Shown piece by piece: positions 8,052 through 15,333 of a DNA stretch of 21,398 bases; position 1 is the first letter of the stretch; each line of letters begins with the position of its first letter. Below the pieces are notes generated by a model. It did no database searches. It was not told the DNA's origin and saw only the letters and a program-made list of their open reading frames with translations. The stretch is from Vulcanimicrobiaceae bacterium (GTDB lineage Bacteria > Vulcanimicrobiota > Vulcanimicrobiia > Vulcanimicrobiales > Vulcanimicrobiaceae): positions 1-21,398 of the forward strand of contig JBHEMM010000001.1 in NCBI GenBank assembly GCA_046262595.1. Reading direction: 5' to 3'. The position numbers and the translations under genes are program-made.

Positions 8052-9268
8052 ACGAGTTCGTAACCGTTTTCTCCGCAGAGGTCATGCGCCGTCTCAAGAG
8101 CCGCTCGTTCTTGATCGGCCTGATGATCGGGGCAGTGGGTATTCTGGTGATGCTGCGGCTGCCGTCTTATATGGACTCGTTCGCGAACGACTCCTATAAA
8201 GTGGTGTTGGCGGGCGATAGCGCGACGATCGCCGCTGCGCGGCCGCTGCTAGGCAAAGACTTCAACATCACCGCCATGCGGCCGGGCCTGGTCGCACCGA
8301 CCGAGCGCGACATCGACGATGACGGCCGCGCGTCGGCCGTCATCGTTTTAACGCGTGCGCCTCGCGGCATCCGCGTGGTGGTCTATGCTCGGGATCCGGG
8401 CAGCGTGAGCGCGGTGAAACTCCGGCGCGACCTGCTCCCGCTCCACGCCGCGCTTGCGACGAATCTTTCACTCAAGCAGGTCAGCGACCTGATCCGCATG
8501 CCGGTCACCGTCCGGCCGCTCGGCTCGAAATTCGGAACGGCGCAACAGGCGGAGCAGGCGCGAGGCGTCGCCTACGTGCTGCTTTTCGTGTTGTATCTGC
8601 TGATCGTGCTCAACAGTCAGTTGATCATGACCTCGGTTGCGGAAGAAAAAACCAGCCGCATCGCCGAGCTTCTCGTCGCGTCCGTCGATCCGCGCGCACT
8701 GCTCGCCGGAAAGATTGCGGCATCCGCACTCTTGGCGATCGTGCAGATGGCGGTGTGGATCGCAGTCGGCTTCATTGCTGGTTCTCATGCCTCCATCGCG
8801 GCAGGCGCGGAACGCGGCGCGGACGCCGCTTCATTCGCAACCGCCGGAATTGCGCCGGCCGACATTGCGGTCTTCGGAGTATTTTTTCTAATGGGCTATC
8901 TGCAGATGGCGGTCATGTTCGCGGCAATCGGTTCGCTCATCAATCGCACGGAAGACATCGGCAGCATCGGCGGTCCATTTTTCATCCCCGTCATCGCCGC
9001 GCTCATTATCGCGACGACCGCACTTTCCGTGCCCGACGCGCCGGTCGTCATCGTCACGAGCTTCGTGCCGCTCATCGCACCGTTCGTCATGTTCGCGCGA
9101 CTGGTCGTGAGTTCCGTACCGGTGTGGCAGATTGCGCTCTCGTTCGCGATCAACGCGGCGGCAATCTATTTCTTCGCGATTCTAGGCGGAAAGATCTACC
9201 GCATCGGCATGCTGCTGTACGGCCGTCCGCCGAAGCTGATGCAGTTGCTGCGCGCGCTCCGCGGCTAA
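8048..9268 (+). CDS. ABC-2 type exporter permease (NatB/YhaP-like)
   Basis: One N-terminal TM, a large extracytoplasmic loop, then about 5-6 TMs. SVAEEKTSRIAELL...GK motif and C-terminal KIYRIGMLLYG. ATGA overlap with the ATPase gene. Confidence 0.9.
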   Translation: MNEFVTVFSAEVMRRLKSRSFLIGLMIGAVGILVMLRLPSYMDSFANDSYKVVLAGDSATIAAARPLLGKDFNITAMRPGLVAPTERDIDDDGRASAVIVLTRAPRGIRVVVYARDPGSVSAVKLRRDLLPLHAALATNLSLKQVSDLIRMPVTVRPLGSKFGTAQQAEQARGVAYVLLFVLYLLIVLNSQLIMTSVAEEKTSRIAELLVASVDPRALLAGKIAASALLAIVQMAVWIAVGFIAGSHASIAAGAERGADAASFATAGIAPADIAVFGVFFLMGYLQMAVMFAAIGSLINRTEDIGSIGGPFFIPVIAALIIATTALSVPDAPVVIVTSFVPLIAPFVMFARLVVSSVPVWQIALSFAINAAAIYFFAILGGKIYRIGMLLYGRPPKLMQLLRALRG

Positions 9269-9277
9269 GCGCCGGCT

Positions 9278-10642
9278 TTACGTTACGGTTAGCTTTTTCA
9301 CGAGCGTCTGCTGCGAGACGCCCTGGCTCACGCTCGCGACGAGGTAATACGTTCCGGGCGCGCTTGGTGCGGTGATCGTCATCGCCATCTGGCCGTCCGC
9401 GATGTCGCCCGTCTCGACGGAGTTGCCGCCGGCATCGTTGAGCGCGATCGTCGTATCGCCGCGCGCGCCCGCAATGGACACCGTAATACTTTGCCCCGCA
9501 GCCGCCGATGACGCCGACAAACTGAGCGTCGCCGATGAAGCGGCGCCCGGCGGTGCCGGTGCGCGCGGTGCGCTGTCCTGAACCAGAGCTCCCGGAAGAA
9601 CGGTCACCGCGAGGCTCGCAACGGCATCGAGTCCGCCGCTGCGCGCGCGCATAACGGCGCGCAATTGCCGGCCGGCGGTTCCCTCGGGGAGGGTCATGAT
9701 CGTCGAACCATCGGACGAAATCGGCGCCTTCGCCCACAACCGGCCGGACTCGTCGATGAGCCAGATGTCGCCGTCTTGCGCGTTCGTCGCATAGTTCAGT
9801 GCGATCGTCCCGCCGGCGTGTATTGCGTGCGTCGCGACCGAAAACTCCGAGATACGCGGCGCCTGCGCGCCGGTTTTCGCTTGGGCCGCATGCCGAGCCG
9901 CCGCGGCGATCGCGATGTGCTGTAGGGAGCTGCGGCGACCGAATGGCCCCGCAAGATTCACACTGAGCACGACGCCGCTGCCCGCGCTGCTCGGAACGTT
10001 GAAGCGCAGCGTGCCTTCATGCTCGCTCAACAGACCGGCCGCGAGTTGGCGCCCGTCATTGGTGCGCAGAGCGTATTGCATCGAAGCCCAGCCGGCGAAC
10101 GCGTACGGCACTTCAACGGGAGATCCCGCAAAAACGCGCGACGGGGCAGCAAGCATTCCCATGCGCGGCGTTGCCGACGCCGCTGCAAACGATGCGCCCA
10201 GCGTGAACGCAAGCGCGCCGGCGGCGCTGGCGAGCCACGGAAATGCGCGCGGCTGGCGCATGGGCCCCGGCGCCTCCAGCGTAAAGGAAATGTCTTCGCC
10301 TCGAACCTCGACGACGGCACGATCGAAGCGCCCGATCTGATCCATGCGCACCGGAAGGAGCGTCTCGCAGCGCGAGAACGGCGCGACGTGCACGTCGAGC
10401 GGATACGCCGGGACCACTTCGCCGCGCAGACGCACGCAGGTCATACGTGCGCGCAGCGCCCGCGCGCTTGCGTTGTCGATGCGCAAAGCATAGCTCGCCG
10501 TGCCGGCGCGCATATCGGAACCGGCCAATGCCAGATAGCCCTCGACGTTGCCGCCGGTGGCCGCAAGTTGAGCGCGCGTACCGTATAACGCCGCGCGGCC
10601 CGCGCGCGGCTCCTGCACCGCGAGCGCATAGGGCGAAGGCAT
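9278..10642 (-). CDS. Uncharacterised bitopic membrane protein with three tandem beta-rich (Ig-like) repeats; last gene of the leftward Tad operon
   Basis: 454 aa: N-terminal domain of about 130 aa, hydrophobic segment at aa ~133-157, then three repeats of about 90 aa. TGATG coupling to the upstream TadE-like gene. Confidence 0.75.
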   Translation of the reverse strand: MPSPYALAVQEPRAGRAALYGTRAQLAATGGNVEGYLALAGSDMRAGTASYALRIDNASARALRARMTCVRLRGEVVPAYPLDVHVAPFSRCETLLPVRMDQIGRFDRAVVEVRGEDISFTLEAPGPMRQPRAFPWLASAAGALAFTLGASFAAASATPRMGMLAAPSRVFAGSPVEVPYAFAGWASMQYALRTNDGRQLAAGLLSEHEGTLRFNVPSSAGSGVVLSVNLAGPFGRRSSLQHIAIAAAARHAAQAKTGAQAPRISEFSVATHAIHAGGTIALNYATNAQDGDIWLIDESGRLWAKAPISSDGSTIMTLPEGTAGRQLRAVMRARSGGLDAVASLAVTVLPGALVQDSAPRAPAPPGAASSATLSLSASSAAAGQSITVSIAGARGDTTIALNDAGGNSVETGDIADGQMAMTITAPSAPGTYYLVASVSQGVSQQTLVKKLTVT

Positions 10643-11298
10643 CAGTTACACGACCCGTTGTTGTTCGGAGGCAGCGGCGGCGGTGTGGATCCGTCGGGAA
10701 TCGGCGTGGGCAAAACAGCGGTGCCGCTTGCCGTGAGGGCTTCGCTCACCCGCGCCCGCACTTCCGTGCTGCACCACAGAATAATGCCCGGATATGCTGC
10801 GTGCACGATCGTCGCGGACGTGCTCGCCGTCGCGAATCCGTTTCCCAGTGCCTGCTGCAGATACGGCGGCACGTCGACGCCGGCAGTAACGTTAACGTTT
10901 GTCGTTGCCCAGAAATGCGAAGCGACGAACTGCGCGCCGCCGAAGCCTAGGGCCCCCGCGGTGCAGCTCGTGCTTTTCGCCACATCGGAATCCGGCTGCC
11001 AGAACGGCGCGGCCGTCGACCCCGGCATGGGGCCGGCTCCGGCGAGAATGGCCGGGTCGGGCGTCGGGCATGACGGCAGCGAACCGTTTAGGCTTTGGTA
11101 GATGTTGGCAGCGGAATAGTTGCCCGAGATCGCGTTGAACGAGGCGATGCCGCCGTAGCGCAGCGCCAAATCGGCGCGCTCGGCAACGACGGCGTAGCGC
11201 GCGAAGTAAATGATGGCGAACAACGCAAAGAGCGCGATGGGCATTGCAATGGCAAACTCGAGGAGCGTCTGGCCGCGCCGGTAATGATTCAGCTGCAT
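10642..11298 (-). CDS. tadE: TadE-like minor pilin (pseudopilin)
   Basis: MQLNHYRRG|QTLLEFAIAMPIALFALFAIIYF has a prepilin cleavage site with Glu+5 and a hydrophobic helix. ATG 11298 is preferred over the track's 11355. Confidence 0.82.
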   Translation of the reverse strand: MQLNHYRRGQTLLEFAIAMPIALFALFAIIYFARYAVVAERADLALRYGGIASFNAISGNYSAANIYQSLNGSLPSCPTPDPAILAGAGPMPGSTAAPFWQPDSDVAKSTSCTAGALGFGGAQFVASHFWATTNVNVTAGVDVPPYLQQALGNGFATASTSATIVHAAYPGIILWCSTEVRARVSEALTASGTAVLPTPIPDGSTPPPLPPNNNGSCN

Positions 11299-12161
11299 GA
11301 GAAATTTCCCGAAGCGTTCGTGGCAAACGGATGGATCGCACCGGCGATATACCAATTCAGGTTAACGTTCAAGCCGCTGAAGTCGACGGCATAAGCGCTG
11401 TCGGCTCTATCGTCGGACCAGTACTCGGTCGGCTGATAGACGGATCCCGTCGAAGGATTGGTTGCCGAGCCAGGCTTGAACGCTTCGGTGGAGGCCGGAA
11501 CGATGGCTGCGGCAGCGCGGCCGACGAGCTTATACGACCCGGCGTTCCCGAGATTCAACAGCGCCGATCCCCAATAGCCGATCTTCTTGCAAGCGATCAA
11601 GTCGATCGCATTGTATCCGCCCCCGGAAAGGGCGCCGCTGGAAGCATTCGTCGCGAGCGACGTGATTTTGAATTGGCACGCATAATCGCTGGGCGAGGCG
11701 CACCACCCGCCGTTCTGCAGCAGTGAGAGCGCCTTGGACTGATCCGTCGTTTGACCGGCCTGTGAGAAGTTGTTCGCTTGGTCGAGCAGATGAATTCCGT
11801 CGGTGTACGCCTGTAAGGCCGCACTGTATTCCGACTGGAGTTCGACATAATCGGCATTGCATTTCATGCCGCTCATATCGCACCCCCCGGCGCCGTACAG
11901 TAAATCGAGCATCGCCTGATTGATCGCACGCAGGCGGTACTCGTCGACCGTCACCGCATAAAACATGACGTTGTACTCGTTGTACGTGTTCGCTTGGACG
12001 GAAAGAATCCCGGAAGCGGCGGAGTCGGCGGTCGTCTGAGCGCGAAACTGCCAGAGCACCGCGTTCGCGTAATTCGAGAGAAAAAACAGTGCCGAGAGCG
12101 TGATCAGCACGCCGATCACCCAGAACGGCATCGTCTGTCCGCGCTGCGATTCTACGTGCAT
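11289..12161 (-). CDS. tadG: TadG-like minor pilin (Tad N-terminal domain, no visible vWA domain)
   Basis: SQRG|QTMPFWVIGVLITL lacks Glu+5, as in the TadG/PilX class, and is followed by the RAQTTADSAA motif typical of TadG N-termini. 290 aa, 6 Cys. Confidence 0.72.
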   Translation of the reverse strand: MHVESQRGQTMPFWVIGVLITLSALFFLSNYANAVLWQFRAQTTADSAASGILSVQANTYNEYNVMFYAVTVDEYRLRAINQAMLDLLYGAGGCDMSGMKCNADYVELQSEYSAALQAYTDGIHLLDQANNFSQAGQTTDQSKALSLLQNGGWCASPSDYACQFKITSLATNASSGALSGGGYNAIDLIACKKIGYWGSALLNLGNAGSYKLVGRAAAAIVPASTEAFKPGSATNPSTGSVYQPTEYWSDDRADSAYAVDFSGLNVNLNWYIAGAIHPFATNASGNFSCS

Positions 12162-12847
12162 TTGCTTCCGGTATCCCAGCCGTAAACGGCCGCCTCGTCC
12201 GAGTTGCTCGTGTACACGTCCAAGTTCGATTTTTGAATATTCGAATAACCGCCCGGGAGCGGCGCGTAGTGGTTAAAGGACTGCCCGATGCGGGAGTAGA
12301 TCTTTTGGCGGCAGCGCCATTGCGCAAACGGGCCGTTGTTGCCGTTTCCGTTCGTGATGATGTCGGGGGAGCCCAGAAGTCCGATGCTGTAGTTCGATGG
12401 GAACGTACACGTGGTCCCCGGCGGAGCGCAGTAATTCAGCAGAACCGATCCCGGCGAACTGAAGGCATACATCGACGCCGTCGCGTTTGCACCCGCAGCC
12501 TGGTACTCCACATCTTTGCCTTGCACGGTGTAGGCGGCGGACAAACCGGGAAGCAGCGAAAAGCCGCTCACCGTCGCGGTGACAAGCGTCGGATCCATCT
12601 TCGGTGCCGGGCTCGGCGTGCTGAAATTCGCGTCGCCGAATTGCGTGAAGACAGTCTTTGCAGTGGTGATCGAATTGCCGCCCGGGTTTGAGGCTGCATC
12701 GTGCGAGGCGACGAACGCGGCGCCGTCGGCTGCTATCTGCGTATAACCGATGATCGCCATTTGTCCGGCTCCCAAAACAATAATGAGTGCAACCGAGATG
12801 CTCAGCGCCGTTTCAACCAGCGCGGCGCCGCGCGAAAAACGGATCAT
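12152..12847 (-). CDS. TadE/TadF-like minor pilin
   Basis: MIRFSRG|AALVETALSISVALIIVLG (Glu+5), then IAADGAAFVAS. 4 Cys. Confidence 0.78.
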   Translation of the reverse strand: MIRFSRGAALVETALSISVALIIVLGAGQMAIIGYTQIAADGAAFVASHDAASNPGGNSITTAKTVFTQFGDANFSTPSPAPKMDPTLVTATVSGFSLLPGLSAAYTVQGKDVEYQAAGANATASMYAFSSPGSVLLNYCAPPGTTCTFPSNYSIGLLGSPDIITNGNGNNGPFAQWRCRQKIYSRIGQSFNHYAPLPGGYSNIQKSNLDVYTSNSDEAAVYGWDTGSKCT

Positions 12848-13044
12848 GGCGGTGAAACTCCCAGGTTTGAGAGATTGGTCGTCATCGTGTTCAAGCCGCT
12901 TCCACCGCTGCTCGCGATGGCGTAACCAATACCGAGCAGCGGGAGCGCGATGGCGGCGGCGACGATGGCGTACTCGACCATCGCGTTTCCCGCGTCGTCG
13001 CCTGCCAGCATCCGGAACAATTGCCGGAGGAACACTCCAATCAC
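12844..13044 (-). CDS. flp: Flp-family pilin (divergent, probably minor)
   Basis: DDAG|NAMVEYAIVAAAIALPLL carries the Flp motif G|xxxxEY. 66 aa, GTG start 4 nt after the secretin stop, ATGA overlap with the next gene. Confidence 0.82.
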   Translation of the reverse strand: MIGVFLRQLFRMLAGDDAGNAMVEYAIVAAAIALPLLGIGYAIASSGGSGLNTMTTNLSNLGVSPP

Positions 13045-13048
13045 GGCG

Positions 13049-14461
13049 TTATCGGGTGATGACCTGCGGCGTCATGATAAAGACGACGTCAGATTGATTG
13101 TTCTGATACGCTGTGGATTGAAAAAGCTGGCCCAGAATCGGGATGGAGCTGAGCAGCGGGATCTTTTGGATGAGCCGCGTCTCCAAATGGCGCACCATGC
13201 CGCCCATGATGATCGACTCGCCCGGCTGCGTGATGACGTCGGTGGAAAGTTTGCTTTCCTTGAGCGCCGGTATGATGAAGCCGTTCTGCTGGATGCCGTC
13301 TTGAAAGTCAAGATCCGAGATGTCGGGTGTGATCTTGGCTTCAACGGCGCCGTTGCCCAAAAGCGTCGGCGTCACGTTAAGCTGAACGCCGAAGGGCTGA
13401 TACTGGATCGCCGTCTGTCCCAAACCCGTCGAATACGGAATCGGGAATTGGCCGCCCACCAGGAACGTCGCGTTGTTGCCCGGCGTCGTCACCAAGTCGG
13501 GCGACGAGAGCACGCGCGCATGGCCTTCGTTTAAGAGCAGATTCAGCGTTGGTGCCAGCGTGATGGAGCGAAAGAACGCGCCGACTCTAAGTGCCTGCCC
13601 CGGGCCCACCGGGCTTTCAACCACGGGAAACGACGGCTGGCCGATCGTGTAATTGCTGGGTGAGGTGAACGTCGCCGACTGGAGCTGGACGCCCAGGCTG
13701 CTTTGCGCAGTGTGATCCACTTCGAGCACGTATACTTTGATATCGATCTGGCTATTCTGGTCGGTCGCCATGCGGTTGATGAGGTCGCCTTTTGCGGCAA
13801 GAAAGTTGCCCGCCAAGCCTTTCGCTCGCTCAAGCACGGCCTGTGCCGTGACGGTGTCGCGCACGTGACCGCTGACGATGACGTTGCCTTTGCCGTCCAC
13901 GTCAACGCGCACGTCCTGCGCGCCCGGCAGCGAGGCGAGGTCCTTCTGCAGTTCGCCCAGCGGATGCGCCACGGTGACCGCGTTCACCACCGTGTATTTC
14001 TGTTCGCGCGCATAAGCGTCGAATTTACTTAAGATGGCGCTGAGCTGTTCGTAATGGGCGCCGTCGGCGACCGTGCCGCGCACGACCACGGAGTTGCGGA
14101 AGCTGATAACCTGGACGCCCTTTTCATCAATAGAGCTGCGCAGCATCTGCGCGAGGTCGTCCATGCTCTGCTCGGTGACCGTGATTTCGTAGGTGGCGCG
14201 ATGGCCGTCTTCCCAAACGAAGACGGTGGTATGACCAGGCGCCTTCCCGTTGATGACGAGCTGCGTCGTCCCGATGGGCAGCACGCCGGCGATGCGGCCG
14301 TCTCCGACTGCCACCCGCGAGAGGCCGGGGGTCTGCAGAATCACCGACTGCCCGGACTGCACGGAGAGCAGCACGGCCACGTCGGCAGCGCGCGTGGGCG
14401 CGCTCCAGGCGGCAGCCGTCAAAACCGCTGTCAGCGCGAGTGCGAAAAATCGTTTGGACAT
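13049..14461 (-). CDS. rcpA: Tad secretin RcpA/CpaC
   Basis: Signal peptide MSKRFFALALTAVLTAAAWSAPTRA; pilus-secretin N domain (RVAVGDGRIA...GKAPGHTTVFVW); two BON-like alpha/beta units; secretin core (ARVLSSPDL, ATFLVGGQFP, FGVQLNVTP, KIPLLSSIPILGQLF). GGAGG RBS upstream; TTG 14464 is an alternative start. Confidence 0.92.
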   Translation of the reverse strand: MSKRFFALALTAVLTAAAWSAPTRAADVAVLLSVQSGQSVILQTPGLSRVAVGDGRIAGVLPIGTTQLVINGKAPGHTTVFVWEDGHRATYEITVTEQSMDDLAQMLRSSIDEKGVQVISFRNSVVVRGTVADGAHYEQLSAILSKFDAYAREQKYTVVNAVTVAHPLGELQKDLASLPGAQDVRVDVDGKGNVIVSGHVRDTVTAQAVLERAKGLAGNFLAAKGDLINRMATDQNSQIDIKVYVLEVDHTAQSSLGVQLQSATFTSPSNYTIGQPSFPVVESPVGPGQALRVGAFFRSITLAPTLNLLLNEGHARVLSSPDLVTTPGNNATFLVGGQFPIPYSTGLGQTAIQYQPFGVQLNVTPTLLGNGAVEAKITPDISDLDFQDGIQQNGFIIPALKESKLSTDVITQPGESIIMGGMVRHLETRLIQKIPLLSSIPILGQLFQSTAYQNNQSDVVFIMTPQVITR

Positions 14462-14464
14462 CAA

Positions 14465-14630
14465 GAGCCGCCTCCCGGAAACCGGAAATCAGGGCTTCAT
14501 TATCGCATAGTTAGATACGTTAACACGTCAACAATCAATAGACGTTATGCAAAGAATGCGTACAATCAGCCGTTTTTGTCTTGCACGCGTACCCGGCGCG
14601 GTGCGATGATTGCGCCACCGAAAGGACACG
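14465..14630. promoter_or_regulatory. AT-rich divergent promoter region between the two Tad operons
   Basis: Plus strand: TAGACG (14539-44)-N16-TACAAT (14561-66), and TTGCAC (14581-86) upstream of extended -10-like TGcGATGAT (14602-10). Minus strand: extended -10-like TGcGATAAT (14507-14499). Confidence 0.55.
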
Positions 14631-15071
14631 ATGCAAATGCGGTTTACGGCGTTTATCACGGCTCTGGCACTGGCATTTCCCGCGGTTTGCGCTGCGGCGT
14701 CACCCATTCGGACGGGCAGCGCGCTCGCGCAAGCCGGCGGCACGGCGCAAGGTCAAATAACCCTGGAGGCTCGACAACTGCAGGGCGCCGAGGCCATCGA
14801 CGTAAGCGGAAGCGCGCCGCCCGGATCCGCGGTCACCATCACGTTGACCGCCCTCATCTCCCCCGACGTTCCCACGGTGCTCGTATCACGGCACGACACC
14901 CTCGCCGACGTCAACGGACGCTTTGGGGCCGTAATCCCCATCGCGTCCGCCTACGAACGAGGCATCATCCTCAAAGTGATCGCCACGTCCGCAACCGGTG
15001 CGGCTTCCGCGCAAGCGCAGCTCACCACGAGCGCACCTAATGCGGGCGCTTCGGTCCCCCTCGATCACTAA
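14631..15071 (+). CDS. Secreted hypothetical protein with a predicted single beta-sandwich domain
   Basis: AAAGGA RBS before ATG 14631. Sec signal MQMRFTAFITALALAFPAVCAAA. Alternating beta pattern IDVSGSAPPGSAVTITL...ADVNGRFGAVIP...LKVIAT. Confidence 0.75.
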   Translation: MQMRFTAFITALALAFPAVCAAASPIRTGSALAQAGGTAQGQITLEARQLQGAEAIDVSGSAPPGSAVTITLTALISPDVPTVLVSRHDTLADVNGRFGAVIPIASAYERGIILKVIATSATGAASAQAQLTTSAPNAGASVPLDH

Positions 15072-15100
15072 TCTTTGCTCACCTACGGAAGGAACCACTT

Positions 15101-15259
15101 ATGAAGAACCTCTTCGCCATGCTTCGCAACGACGACGGCGCCACGATGGTCGAGTACGGCATCATGGTCGCGCTCATCGCTGCCGTCTGCATCGTTCTGA
15201 TCTCCACGCTCGGCGGCAAAGTCAATACGGCTTTCGCCAGCGTCAACTCGAACATCTAA
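15101..15259 (+). CDS. flp: Flp pilin, probable major pilin (52 aa; not in the supplied ORF track)
   Basis: Hand translation: MKNLFAMLRNDDG|ATMVEYGIMVALIAAVCIVLISTLGGKVNTAFASVNSNI*. GAAGGA RBS 7 nt upstream. Canonical Flp motif. Confidence 0.95.
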   Translation: MKNLFAMLRNDDGATMVEYGIMVALIAAVCIVLISTLGGKVNTAFASVNSNI

Positions 15260-15279
15260 CCGGGAACACGTTGCAACAC

Positions 15280-15316
15280 TTTGCCGGGGCTGCTCTCCCC
15301 TATCAGCCCCGGCAAA
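15280..15316 (+). terminator. Strong stem-loop after flp1 (partial terminator or mRNA-stabilising hairpin)
   Basis: TTTGCCGGGGCTG (15280-92) and CAGCCCCGGCAAA (15304-16) form a perfect 13-bp stem with an 11-nt loop, followed by TTCCCTT (an imperfect U-tract). Confidence 0.7.
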
Positions 15317-15333
15317 TTCCCTTGCGCAAACCG

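Noticed and set aside
14998..15333. Long N-terminal extensions on flp2 (from 14998) and tadV (from 15281) in the ORF track
   Set aside because: They run through flp1, the hairpin and flp2. Real starts at 15334 and 15503 (or 15479) give normal-sized proteins.
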